From Bacteriovoracaceae bacterium (GTDB lineage Bacteria > Bdellovibrionota > Bacteriovoracia > Bacteriovoracales > Bacteriovoracaceae): 64,000 nucleotides of DNA. A program made the translations under genes and the position numbers. The DNA is taken from positions 28,942 to 92,941 of the forward strand of contig JBFGZE010000004.1 of assembly GCA_041586955.1 (NCBI GenBank), given 5' to 3'. Below are positions 41,476-51,212 of the stretch, one piece after another. Position 1 is the first letter of the stretch, and each line of letters opens with the position of its first letter. Below the pieces are notes generated by a model. It had not been told where the DNA came from, did no database searches, and worked only from the letters and a program-made list of their open reading frames with translations.

Positions 41476-43208
41476 TATTTTTCCAATTTATCCAAGGCCT
41501 GCTGAATGGTAGTAGCAATGCCCTCAGGTGATACCAATTCCTTTTCGCCTGTAGATCTCATAATAAGTTCTAATTGACCGTTTTCTTTAAAGTTTCTCTC
41601 TCCAAGGACCAAGCGTAAAGGTAACCCTAGGAGGTCAGAATCTTTAAATTTAAAGCCTGCTCCAGCATTACGGTCATCAAAAAGAACCTCAATACCGGCA
41701 TTCAACAACTCTTGATAAATTTTTTCAGCTTCATTTTTTATTTCTTCTGACTTTCCAACCAAGGCAAAATAAACATGGAATGGAGCAATTGACTTCGGCC
41801 AAATAATGCCATTCTCATCATGGCCTTGTTCAATTGCAGCGGCGACGACTCGAGTTACACCAATGCCGTAACAGCCCATTAATGGCGCTTTGGTCTTCCC
41901 GTTTTGATCTAATACCTTAACTCCTAAGGCCTTAGTATAGAGATCCCCTAATTGGAAAATATGACCCACTTCAATTCCACGTTTCACTTGTATTTGATGT
42001 GCGCCACTTAGGGTGTAATCTCCCTCAACCGCCATTCGTAGATCAGCAGTCTCGCCAATCATACCATCACGAGCAGGACAGAAGTTTTCAAAATGCTTAT
42101 CTTCTTGATTTGCCCCCGTAATATAATAGGCATCACGATTTATGGCCTGGTCATAAATGACCCTCATTTTATCCGCGGCTAAACCTTTAGGGCCTATAAA
42201 GCCTTTAACCAGGTTGAGTTTTAAAAGTTCTGAATCCGTTGCTGGACGAAGCTCTTGGCAGGCCAGAATATTCCTAAGTTTAAGCTCATTTAGGGAATCA
42301 TCTCCGAGTAAAAGGCATAGGATAAAATGATCTTCACCTTCAATATCAGCATAATAAACTAATGACTTTAAACTTTGTTGTTGAGGAAGAGACAAAAATG
42401 CACATACCTCTTCAATAGTCGTTTTATTGGGCGTATCAACGATCCCAATCGCGGCTTCCTGAAGGTTAAATTCAACTCCACCCCGAATAGTTTCTGCCTT
42501 CTCAGCATTTGCCGCGTAATTTTCCTCTTCGCAGTAAATAATCTGATCCTCGCCCGAATTAGCAATCACTTGAAATTCATGGGTTTTAGCATCACCTTCG
42601 GCCATCGCACCGGCATCAGCTTCAACTGCTGAAAATTCTAGGCCGATACGATTAAAAATCGCACAATAAGCATCAAACAACTCTTGGTAACCCTTATCAA
42701 GTGAACTTTTATCCATATGGAAGCTATAAGCGTCTTTCATTGTAAATTCACGGCCACGCATCAAACCAAAACGCGGGCGAATTTCATCTCTGAATTTGGT
42801 ATTAATTTGATATAGGGTGAGAGGTAATTGCTTATAAGACTTTACTATCTTTCTAAAAATATCAGTGACTGTTTCCTCATTGGTGGGGCTAATACAAAGA
42901 TCTCTTTCACCTTTGTCTTTAAACTTAAGCATTTCTCCGCCCATTTTTTCCCAACGACCAGACTCCTGCCACAACTCTCCGGGAGTCACAACAGTCATTA
43001 AAATTTCCTGACAATCAATTTTGTCTAATTCTTCACGAATAATTTGCTCGACCTTACGAATTGATCTGTAACCAAAAGGCATATAATTATAGAGTCCAGA
43101 ACCTACTTTATGAATAAGGCCAGCTCTTATCATTAATTGATGGCTGGCAATTTCTGCATCTGCAGGTATTTCTTTATAAGTTTGCCAAATACTTTTGGAC
43201 AGTCTCAT
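41475..43208 (-). CDS. proS: Proline-tRNA ligase (bacterial type with INS editing domain)
   Basis: PTNEE, KFRDEIRPRFGLMRGREF, GIEVGHIFQLG, MGCYGIG. Confidence 0.98.
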   Translation of the reverse strand: MRLSKSIWQTYKEIPADAEIASHQLMIRAGLIHKVGSGLYNYMPFGYRSIRKVEQIIREELDKIDCQEILMTVVTPGELWQESGRWEKMGGEMLKFKDKGERDLCISPTNEETVTDIFRKIVKSYKQLPLTLYQINTKFRDEIRPRFGLMRGREFTMKDAYSFHMDKSSLDKGYQELFDAYCAIFNRIGLEFSAVEADAGAMAEGDAKTHEFQVIANSGEDQIIYCEEENYAANAEKAETIRGGVEFNLQEAAIGIVDTPNKTTIEEVCAFLSLPQQQSLKSLVYYADIEGEDHFILCLLLGDDSLNELKLRNILACQELRPATDSELLKLNLVKGFIGPKGLAADKMRVIYDQAINRDAYYITGANQEDKHFENFCPARDGMIGETADLRMAVEGDYTLSGAHQIQVKRGIEVGHIFQLGDLYTKALGVKVLDQNGKTKAPLMGCYGIGVTRVVAAAIEQGHDENGIIWPKSIAPFHVYFALVGKSEEIKNEAEKIYQELLNAGIEVLFDDRNAGAGFKFKDSDLLGLPLRLVLGERNFKENGQLELIMRSTGEKELVSPEGIATTIQQALDKLEK

Positions 43209-43274
43209 TTCGACCTCACGAGTTAACTGATAATAGTGGATTTCCTATAAATTTTTTAATCGGTCAATCAGATA

Positions 43275-44195
43275 TTAATGGAAAGATGGGCTTAAAGCAC
43301 GGGGCAATTGAAGGGCATCCACTGCTTCTTTTTCTAGAGCAGAAGCCGAGACAATTTCAAAGGCATCCGGAGATTCTAATACCTTACGACATAATAAATT
43401 ATGAAGATTATGACCCGATTTAAAAGTTGTAATCTTACCAGCGATTTCATGCCCTAATAAAGAGAAGTCACCGACAGTATCAAGGATTTTGTGGCGCACA
43501 AATTCATCTTTAAAGCGCAGGCCCTCTGGATTCATGACCTTAAAGTCGTCAAGAACAATAGCATTGTCTAAAGAGCCACCCTTAATAAGGCCCTTGCGCT
43601 TAAGCATATCTACGTCACGTAAAAGACCAAAAGTTCGGGCCTTGCCGACCTCTGAAATATAGTTTTCACATGAAAATTCAAATACTTTCTTTTGAGTTTT
43701 AATCGTAGGGTGAGTAAAAACAATGGTCGAATCGATAACTAAACGGGAATTAGGCTCAATTCTCGCCCACTTATCTTCCAAACGCACTTCTACTGGCTTG
43801 AGAATAACTAAAAACTTCTTGGATTTATTAAGAGTTGTGATCCCTGTTTCCTTGAGAACAAAAATAAAAGAGGCACCCGAACCATCCATAATAGGAACCT
43901 CAGGGCCATCGATTTCACAATAGACATTATCGATACCTAGCCCATAAAATACGGACAGCAAGTGTTCGACGGTATGAACAGCATTCAAACCGGAACCGAT
44001 TGTTGTATTATTTTCTGTAGCGCCAACCGTTTTAGCATCGGCCTTAAGAACGGCTGAATCCTTAATATCTGTGCGCTTAAATTGGATACCAAAATCGGCT
44101 TCAGCAGGATGAAGGCTTAACTTTACGCGTTTTCCAGAGTGGATCCCTATACCAGTAATTTCAACTTTTTTTGCGATCGTTCTTTGATACAACAT
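43275..44195 (-). CDS. lpxC: UDP-3-O-acyl-N-acetylglucosamine deacetylase
   Basis: QRTI, GIGIHSG, TVEHLLS, PIMDGS, RHKILD, KSGH. Confidence 0.97.
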   Translation of the reverse strand: MLYQRTIAKKVEITGIGIHSGKRVKLSLHPAEADFGIQFKRTDIKDSAVLKADAKTVGATENNTTIGSGLNAVHTVEHLLSVFYGLGIDNVYCEIDGPEVPIMDGSGASFIFVLKETGITTLNKSKKFLVILKPVEVRLEDKWARIEPNSRLVIDSTIVFTHPTIKTQKKVFEFSCENYISEVGKARTFGLLRDVDMLKRKGLIKGGSLDNAIVLDDFKVMNPEGLRFKDEFVRHKILDTVGDFSLLGHEIAGKITTFKSGHNLHNLLCRKVLESPDAFEIVSASALEKEAVDALQLPRALSPSFH

Positions 44196-44463
44196 TAAAT
44201 TAACAGTCCTTAATAATAACTAAACGCTAATATTCCTCGAGTTGGCCCTTATATTAGTATAAACGAATAAGGTAAATCGAAAAGCAGAGGAAGAAAGTTT
44301 TTCCACAGATGCCGAAACAGTACACGTAAAATGTTAAATATAGTTATTTCAAACCTTTATGGCTACCTTATTGTCAAAACTACAATAAAACAACTTTTGT
44401 TTATTCCAATTCCCCTACTTAAATTGTTAGAATTGAGTCATAATTCAAGAAAAGTGAGCACTT

Positions 44464-44919
44464 ATGGATAAAAGGCCGTCGGTCTGGTTTAGACCTAACC
44501 TCAATATTAATGAGATCAATCAATTTAATGTAAATACGATGGTTGAAAGCCTGGACATCGTCATTTCAGAGATCGGTAATGACTTTCTCCAAGCAACCAT
44601 GCCAGTGACCCAGAAAAGTATCCAACCATTTAAGTATCTACATGGTGGTGCCAGCTGTGCGCTTTCCGAGTCATTGGCCAGTATTGCGGCCAACCTCACA
44701 ATTGATAATGCGAAAGCCTTCGCAGTGGGTCAACAAATTAACTCCTATCACATCAAGGCGGTCTCACTTGGATCTAGAGTAACTGCCGAAGCACGCCCAA
44801 TCCACTTAGGGAAAAGAACTCAAATCTGGGAGGTCGAAATTATTAACCCAGAAACTGGAAGCTTGATTCACAAATCAAATGTCACGATGGCCATCATTGA
44901 AAAAGGCAGCCAAAAATGA
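44464..44919 (+). CDS. Hotdog-fold acyl-CoA thioesterase (PaaI/MenI/EntH-like)
   Basis: ATMPV...QPFKYLHGGASCALSESLAS, PIHLGKRTQIWEV. Confidence 0.88.
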   Translation: MDKRPSVWFRPNLNINEINQFNVNTMVESLDIVISEIGNDFLQATMPVTQKSIQPFKYLHGGASCALSESLASIAANLTIDNAKAFAVGQQINSYHIKAVSLGSRVTAEARPIHLGKRTQIWEVEIINPETGSLIHKSNVTMAIIEKGSQK

Positions 44920-45557
44920 GGATTTTGACCTTTGTATTTTTAATGATGGTGTCACCCTTATTCGCTAAAGAAAAAGTCGGTAGTATTTTTTATCAAAAGG
45001 GGGAAGTAAGCATTAATAATAAAATTTCAAAAAAAGGGCTTTCCCTATTCAATCTCGATAAAATTAAAACTCACCATAATGCTATTGTAATCATCAAACT
45101 TCATTTTGGGGCCACGATAAAGCTTAATGCCAATTCTGAACTTATAATTGATCAAACAGCTGATCGATTACAACCTATTTTAAATAAGGGCTCATCTTTT
45201 TTAAGAATTTTTAAAGATAAATTAAAAAACAAAAAATTTAATTTAAAAGTTCAAAACGTGGCAATGGGAGTTAGAGGAACTGAGTTTTTCGTAGATGTAG
45301 AAAATAAAAAAGATAATATATGGATGTGTGTTAATGAAGGTGTTGTTGAAGTTATTCTCGACAATGAAAAAAAAGGAACTCTCGTTAGGAAAGGGATGGG
45401 GGTTAAAATCAGTCATAACAAAAGTGTGACGCCACCAAAATTTCTTCCCTGGACTAAAAAATTAAACTGGAACCAAGACCCCGAAAAAGGTCTGCTCAAA
45501 AATTCTATGGATATCAAAAAAGCCTATTATGATCCATTGGAACTAGATTATGATTAA
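44916..45557 (+). CDS. Secreted FecR-domain protein
   Basis: Signal peptide (...SPLFA), FecR-like AMGVRGTEFFV and VNEGVVEV; 4-nt overlap with the upstream gene. Confidence 0.7.
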   Translation: MRILTFVFLMMVSPLFAKEKVGSIFYQKGEVSINNKISKKGLSLFNLDKIKTHHNAIVIIKLHFGATIKLNANSELIIDQTADRLQPILNKGSSFLRIFKDKLKNKKFNLKVQNVAMGVRGTEFFVDVENKKDNIWMCVNEGVVEVILDNEKKGTLVRKGMGVKISHNKSVTPPKFLPWTKKLNWNQDPEKGLLKNSMDIKKAYYDPLELDYD

Positions 45558-46290
45558 GCGATCCTTATTCATTATTTTTTTAAGTTTTCCACTTTTTGGT
45601 CATCACCTTCCTCCAAGCACTGAAAACGATACGGCAAAATCTTTCCATCTTAATGTATTTAAAAAATTAAGCTCTAAGCTAAAGTTAAAATTAAAATCAA
45701 GCTTTAGATTGAGAAAACAAAAAAACGATGAAAAACAAGTATCTCTAGGTGGACAATATCGCCTCTCTCATCATTGGTTTTCATTCATTCATGTCGAGCA
45801 ATTATATGGGCAGAGATCAGATAATGATTGGATTCATATTGACGGTTGGCATTGGCGCGATAATAAAAGTCAATCACAACAAAAAGTCGGAGCAGGATTA
45901 ATCTATAAAACAATTTTAATCGACTGGAAATTACCTCTTCTTTTCGAAGGTAAGACATCTGTCGACCACAACTTAACGACTGGTCACAGAACATTAAAAT
46001 TAAGTCCGATGCTAAGAATGACCTTTTTTAAAGACAGTGACCCTCTTTTATCACCATACTTAAAATATGAAGCCTACCTCCCTCATAATTTTAGTGACGA
46101 GACCATTTATCAGAGTTGGTTTTATATGGGGCTAATTTATCACTTCCAAGAATTTAACCCTTTTATTTTTTATTCAAGTGGTTCACAGAAATGGACAGGT
46201 TCAGATTCTTTCAAAACTCGTTTTAATACGACTTATCTTACAGAGATGAAGATAAAAGAGATCGGCATTGGAATTACTCTTAATTATTAG
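45550..46290 (+). CDS. Hypothetical protein, probable small outer-membrane beta-barrel
   Basis: Signal peptide, alternating aromatic beta-strands, C-terminus IGIGITLNY ending in an aromatic residue. Confidence 0.55.
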   Translation: MIKRSLFIIFLSFPLFGHHLPPSTENDTAKSFHLNVFKKLSSKLKLKLKSSFRLRKQKNDEKQVSLGGQYRLSHHWFSFIHVEQLYGQRSDNDWIHIDGWHWRDNKSQSQQKVGAGLIYKTILIDWKLPLLFEGKTSVDHNLTTGHRTLKLSPMLRMTFFKDSDPLLSPYLKYEAYLPHNFSDETIYQSWFYMGLIYHFQEFNPFIFYSSGSQKWTGSDSFKTRFNTTYLTEMKIKEIGIGITLNY

Positions 46291-47291
46291 GGCAAATCCA
46301 TTTTCTCAAGATGCTCCAAGGCCTTGGGCGAAATTTCGCGACCACGAGGAGTTCTAATCAAAAACCCTTCCTTTAATAAAAAAGGTTCGAAAACATCTTC
46401 GATTGTATTGCGGTCTTCCGATAAAGTCGCACAAAGAGCTTCAATACCAACGGGCCCATTATTATAAAAGTCACGAATAATGGTTAAAATGCGGCGATCC
46501 ATGCGGTCAAGGCCATAATTGTCGATCTCCATTAGCTTAAGAGATTCATTAACAATATCAACATTAATAACCTCAACCTGACCAACAAGCGCAAAGTCGC
46601 GCACTCGCCTTAAAATACGATTTGCAATACGTGGAGTTCCCCGTGAACAAGTGGCCAATAACTCTTGGGCATCATTCTCTAATTTCAATTTCAGCTTCTT
46701 ACTATTTTGTTTAATAATTTTAGTAAGGTCTTTTGTTGCATAAAAATCAAAGTGGAGGTTCGCCAAAAATCGATCGCGTAGTGGATTTGATAAAAGGCCA
46801 GAGCGTGTTGTTGCTCCAATTAAAGTAAAAGGCGCGATATCGATTTGCATAGTTCGAGCACTTGGACCCTGTCCAATAACGATATCTAATCGATAATCTT
46901 CCATTGCTGAATAAAGAATTTCTTCAATCGAAATATGCATACGATGAATTTCATCAATAAATAGAACATCCTTTGGCCTAATATTGGTCAAAATTGCCGC
47001 AATATCACCCTTTTTTTCGATAGCTGGGCCAGAAATAACATGAAGCTCACTCTCCAGCTCGTGCGCGATCAACATAGCAAGTGATGTTTTCCCAAGACCA
47101 GGAGGCCCCGACAAAAGAATATGGTCCATCGCCTGATCACGTATCTTTGCAGACTCTACCATAATGTTGATATTTCTAATCACCTTGTCCTGGCCAATAA
47201 ATTCGCCAAAAGAATCTGGACGGAGGCGACTTTCGTAATTTTGTTCTTTATCATTAGCGTCTGGAGAAAAGAAACGATGATTTACTTCCAT
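46287..47291 (-). CDS. ruvB: Holliday junction branch migration ATPase RuvB
   Basis: LRP, GPPGLGKT, LFIDEIHR, GATTR, RGTPRIA, RTPRGR. Confidence 0.98.
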   Translation of the reverse strand: MEVNHRFFSPDANDKEQNYESRLRPDSFGEFIGQDKVIRNINIMVESAKIRDQAMDHILLSGPPGLGKTSLAMLIAHELESELHVISGPAIEKKGDIAAILTNIRPKDVLFIDEIHRMHISIEEILYSAMEDYRLDIVIGQGPSARTMQIDIAPFTLIGATTRSGLLSNPLRDRFLANLHFDFYATKDLTKIIKQNSKKLKLKLENDAQELLATCSRGTPRIANRILRRVRDFALVGQVEVINVDIVNESLKLMEIDNYGLDRMDRRILTIIRDFYNNGPVGIEALCATLSEDRNTIEDVFEPFLLKEGFLIRTPRGREISPKALEHLEKMDLP

Positions 47292-47292
47292 C

Positions 47293-47913
47293 TTAAATCT
47301 CCTTTAAGACTAAATGGACAAGCTCTTCTGCTTGCTTGATAGGCTTTTTGCTTAAAATTCCTTTTGCAATTTTAATAACCTGATCTTCACTAAAACCAAG
47401 CTCCTTACAGGCCATCAAGGCATCATTTAAAATATGAGATGGAATCTTTTCAACATTTCCGGGGGCAGCATCTGTACCAAGCTCAGTATTACCAATTTTT
47501 AAATTGACATACATTTCCATTTTTCCAATCTTATCCTTTAGATCCAGGATGACTTGGGCCGCTGCCTTGGCACCAATCCCTGGAACTTTTTTTAGAACTT
47601 CTTTAGATTCGAGAAAAATTGCCTGGATGATCTCCTGCTCACCGAGAAGTGATATCATAGCATAAGCGGACTTTGGTCCGACTCCTTTAACTTTTAAAAG
47701 TAACTCAAATAATTTCTTCTCTCTTAAAGTTTCAAATGCATATAATTCTTCGCCGGCCTCTCTAATATAGTGAGAAATAAAAACTTCAAGAGGTTGTCCT
47801 TCACTAATGACTTTTTGAAAATAAAGCTCATAGCCAACGCCCGAGGCGGTGCCCAAAATGGTTTTTTCTCCATCACTAAAAACAACTTGGCCGTTAAGAT
47901 ATCCAATCATCAT
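47293..47913 (-). CDS. ruvA: Holliday junction binding protein RuvA
   Basis: MIGYLNG, GVGY, HhH motifs VKGVGPKSA and VPGIGAKAA. Confidence 0.95.
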   Translation of the reverse strand: MMIGYLNGQVVFSDGEKTILGTASGVGYELYFQKVISEGQPLEVFISHYIREAGEELYAFETLREKKLFELLLKVKGVGPKSAYAMISLLGEQEIIQAIFLESKEVLKKVPGIGAKAAAQVILDLKDKIGKMEMYVNLKIGNTELGTDAAPGNVEKIPSHILNDALMACKELGFSEDQVIKIAKGILSKKPIKQAEELVHLVLKEI

Positions 47914-47915
47914 TA

Positions 47916-48464
47916 TTACTCCAGGTGGCGGAAGGCGGATTTAAGCGACCTTCCCCTGCTATATTTTGCCTTTCCTTTGACCATATTGGTGTCTCCACCT
48001 AGTAATGAATGAGTCAAAGCTATTGCCAGGGCGTCACTTTCATCGTGAGTGGTAAATTCAATTTGATTACCAAAGTACATTTGCATCGACTTTATAACTG
48101 ATTCTTTCGTTGCATGGCCGTGACCGGTTACAGCATTCTTAACTAAATTAGGGGGGTATTCAAAAATTTTCTGATAATGTGTGCTGTGAAAGGCTGCAAT
48201 CATCGCCCCTCTCGCCTGAGATAATTTTGCTAATGAATTTACATTTTTGACAAAAATCAGCGACTCAAGGGCCACTTCATCGGGCCTATAGGTTTTGACT
48301 AGTTCACGGCAAGAATTAAAAATTAAACCAAGGCGGTCTAAAAAAACACCCGCTTTATCAAAATGCAATACGCCTGAATCAATATGACGGATTTTTTTAC
48401 CACAGACTTCAATAACGCCAAAACCTGTTTTCCTAGAACCTGGGTCAATTCCTAAAATAATCAT
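47916..48464 (-). CDS. ruvC: Holliday junction resolvase RuvC
   Basis: ILGIDPG, ALE, TGHGHATKE, DESDALAIA. Confidence 0.96.
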   Translation of the reverse strand: MIILGIDPGSRKTGFGVIEVCGKKIRHIDSGVLHFDKAGVFLDRLGLIFNSCRELVKTYRPDEVALESLIFVKNVNSLAKLSQARGAMIAAFHSTHYQKIFEYPPNLVKNAVTGHGHATKESVIKSMQMYFGNQIEFTTHDESDALAIALTHSLLGGDTNMVKGKAKYSRGRSLKSAFRHLE

Positions 48465-48507
48465 AAGTCATTTAACCATTAACGCTGAAACAACGGCAAG
48501 GAAAGAC

Positions 48508-48684
48508 TTAAGGGCCCGAGCTTTTTCCTTTGAAATACTGGCCGAGATAAAAAATAATAGATCCGCCAACCAATTGAATTAATTCCAATTTTCCATAATC
48601 ACCCTTTGCCATGCCGCTAAACAAACACAGGCCAACTAAAGTAAATCCTATCAATTGAAGACCTAGTCCAACGTAAAAAATCAT
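48508..48684 (-). CDS. Small (58 aa) two-TM membrane protein, not in the ORF track
   Basis: Manual translation MIFYVGLGLQLIGFTLVGLCLFSGMAKGDYGKLELIQLVGGSIIFYLGQYFKGKSSGP; GGGAG SD shortly upstream of the ATG. Confidence 0.7.
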   Translation of the reverse strand: MIFYVGLGLQLIGFTLVGLCLFSGMAKGDYGKLELIQLVGGSIIFYLGQYFKGKSSGP

Positions 48685-48759
48685 ATCTTCTCCCGCATAA
48701 CTAGTAGCAAAAAAAAAGACTCATGAAAAGGGTAGGATTTTAATGTCAATTGGCATAAT

Positions 48760-49671
48760 ATGGAGCGATACTCAACAGTGAGAATACAGGTGACGACTCT
48801 CCTTAAATCAGCGCCTATCGTTGAACAAAGCATTGCGAAATTACAAAAAGATATCGAGCTTTTAAAGCTAAAAGGTCATACCCCAACGATGAAAGTTATA
48901 CTGGTAGGTGATCATCCTCCTAGTTTAATTTACACGCGCAATAAAAAGAAATTTTGTCAAAATATTGGGGCCGTCTGCGAAATTGTTAAGCTTTCTCAAG
49001 ACATTAGTAAAAAGGATTTTATCAAAGAAGTTCAAAATATTGCCGAGGACCCTAGAGTTCACGGCTGTTTTGTACAACTTCCACTTCCCATTCACCTTAA
49101 TGAAGTGAATGTGGGAGATCTGATCCCCGAGGAAAAAGATGTCGACGGATTTAACCAATACAATATTACTGGCCTTTTTCGCAACGTGCCTAGAGATCAA
49201 ATCTTATTGCCGTGCACTCCAAAAGGAATTATAAAGCTTCTCGATTTTTATGACATCGAAATTCAAGGGAAAAATGTGGCCATTATTGGCAGAAGTCTTA
49301 TTGTTGGAAAACCAACGGCCATACTTTTCGATAACCTTAATGCCACTGTCACTCTATGCCATTCTCATACTGCAAATTTAAAGAAAATTACTCACAATTC
49401 AGATATTATTGTTACCGCCATTGGAAAACCTCTTTTCTTAACAAAAGAGTATATTAATCCCGATCGCCATAGCGTTCTCATTGATGTCGGTATCAACCGC
49501 AATGCTCAAGGTAAATTATGTGGCGATATTCACTTTGAAGAAGTCAAGGATCTAGCTCGCGCGATTACACCTGTTCCCGGTGGGGTTGGTCCAATGACTA
49601 TCCTATCCTTGGCAGAAAACTTGGTAGAGGCCACTCAAAAAATTACAGGAAATAATCATGAAAAAAACTGA
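48760..49671 (+). CDS. folD: Bifunctional methylenetetrahydrofolate dehydrogenase/cyclohydrolase
   Basis: VQLPLP, EKDVDGF, PCTPKG, GRSLIVGKP, DVGINR, TPVPGGVGPMT. True start may be GTG 48790. Confidence 0.96.
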   Translation: MERYSTVRIQVTTLLKSAPIVEQSIAKLQKDIELLKLKGHTPTMKVILVGDHPPSLIYTRNKKKFCQNIGAVCEIVKLSQDISKKDFIKEVQNIAEDPRVHGCFVQLPLPIHLNEVNVGDLIPEEKDVDGFNQYNITGLFRNVPRDQILLPCTPKGIIKLLDFYDIEIQGKNVAIIGRSLIVGKPTAILFDNLNATVTLCHSHTANLKKITHNSDIIVTAIGKPLFLTKEYINPDRHSVLIDVGINRNAQGKLCGDIHFEEVKDLARAITPVPGGVGPMTILSLAENLVEATQKITGNNHEKN

Positions 49672-50728
49672 ATTACATTCTATACATGTGGAGTTAAAAG
49701 CGAAGCTCGCTCCTTTTGCAGGTTATGAAATGCCTATCCAATACACTTCTGTTAAAGAGGAAGTGTTAGCAGTAAGAAATAAAAGTGGCATCTTTGACGT
49801 TAGTCATATGGGTGAATTCTTTGTGACAGGTCCAGATGCTGCCGCCTTTGTTGACTACCTCCTTACCAATGATTTTTTAAACTCCCCAGTTGGAAAAGCT
49901 GTTTATTCTCCCCTTTGTAATAATCAAGGGAAAATTATTGATGATTTAATTGCTTATAAACTAGGGGCCGAAAAAGTTCTCATTTGCGTTAATGCGGCAA
50001 ATATTGAAAAGGATTGGAGTTGGATTGTTCAACAAAAAGGTCAATTTAATGTAGAGCTCGTTGATAAAAGTAGTGATTATTCTCTTATTGCTCTGCAAGG
50101 GCCAGAAAGTTGTAAAGTTCTCACTCAACTTAGCTTAAATGACATGGATGAACTTCCCTATTATGGTGCTGTTGAAACGACCTTTCAGGAACACGACATA
50201 ATTGTCGCAAGAACGGGCTATACAGGTGAAGATGGGTTTGAGATCTTTATTCCTAATAAATTAGCGAAAACAATGTGGGCATTAATGGTTGAAGCTGGTG
50301 GCCTTCCGTGCGGACTCGCCGCCAGAGACGTATTAAGATTAGAAGTTTGCTATCCTCTTTATGGCCATGAACTTAATGAAGAAATAACCCCTTTGGATAG
50401 TGGGCTTAAATGGACCGTTAAAATGGACAAGGCCCAATTTATGGGAAAAGACGCCCTAGAAGCGGCGACACCTAAATACCGCCTCGTCAAATTGTCTCTC
50501 GACAAAGGTATACCCCGTGAAGGCTATAGCATCCTCAACAATGAGGGCACGGCAATCGGCAAGGTAACCTCGGGAACAATGTCTGTAAGTACTGGAAAAG
50601 GGATTGCCCTAGCTTTAGTTGAAAGAAAATTATTTCCAGAAAACAAAGAGTTCATTATAAGTATTAGAAATAAAGAATATCATGCAAATTATCATACTAA
50701 ACCTTTTTATAACGGAGGTCATAAGTAA
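49658..50728 (+). CDS. gcvT: Glycine cleavage aminomethyltransferase T protein
   Basis: FAGYEMPIQY, FDVSHMG, RTGYTGEDGFE, GLAARDVLRLE. Confidence 0.96.
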   Translation: MKKTELHSIHVELKAKLAPFAGYEMPIQYTSVKEEVLAVRNKSGIFDVSHMGEFFVTGPDAAAFVDYLLTNDFLNSPVGKAVYSPLCNNQGKIIDDLIAYKLGAEKVLICVNAANIEKDWSWIVQQKGQFNVELVDKSSDYSLIALQGPESCKVLTQLSLNDMDELPYYGAVETTFQEHDIIVARTGYTGEDGFEIFIPNKLAKTMWALMVEAGGLPCGLAARDVLRLEVCYPLYGHELNEEITPLDSGLKWTVKMDKAQFMGKDALEAATPKYRLVKLSLDKGIPREGYSILNNEGTAIGKVTSGTMSVSTGKGIALALVERKLFPENKEFIISIRNKEYHANYHTKPFYNGGHK

Positions 50729-51111
50729 TGGCTTATCAAACCCCTGAAACTTTGAAATATACAAAAGAACACGAATGGGCGAGTTTCGAAAATAATATTA
50801 TAACTATTGGAATTACAGATTATGCTCAATCCCAATTGGGAGATATTGTTTTTGTTGAGCTTCCAGAAATTGGTCAGGAACTAGCTGAGAACTCCTCGTT
50901 TGGTGTTGTTGAGTCAATTAAATCAGTAAGTGATCTTTATTGCCCTGTTTCTGGAACTGTCATAGAGATTAATGAAGAGCTTGAGTCTGGACCTGAACTG
51001 CTTAACGAAGCGCCCTATCAAAATTGGCTCATCCGTCTTAAGGTTGAAAATGACACCGAATATAATTTGCTCCTAGATTCAGGTTCTTATAGTGAACTTT
51101 GCACTGAGTAG
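50728..51111 (+). CDS. gcvH: Glycine cleavage H protein
   Basis: HEW, GITDYAQSQLGDIVFVELP, VESIKSVSD (lipoyl Lys). Confidence 0.96.
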   Translation: MAYQTPETLKYTKEHEWASFENNIITIGITDYAQSQLGDIVFVELPEIGQELAENSSFGVVESIKSVSDLYCPVSGTVIEINEELESGPELLNEAPYQNWLIRLKVENDTEYNLLLDSGSYSELCTE

Positions 51112-51212
51112 ATTTAATTTAAAAATTAGGTCCGAGATTTTTTATAAATAGGCTTTACGGTTGTCAATAAATAGTAAATACTTCCGTGTTATAACAGTTT
51201 TTAGAGGTGGAA

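Noticed and set aside
43275..43345. LpxC C-terminal tail as an FtsH degron linked to hflKC
   Set aside because: A tail exists but does not clearly match the E. coli non-polar degron, and the link to hflKC 40 kb away is unsupported.
44299..44307. Perfect DnaA box TTTTCCACA in the lpxC/thioesterase gap, and an overlapping GAAAGTTT-N10-GCCGAAAC sigma28-like sequence
   Set aside because: A single box with no cluster or dnaA context is not an origin. The sigma28-like spacing is short and it lies far from the next start codon.
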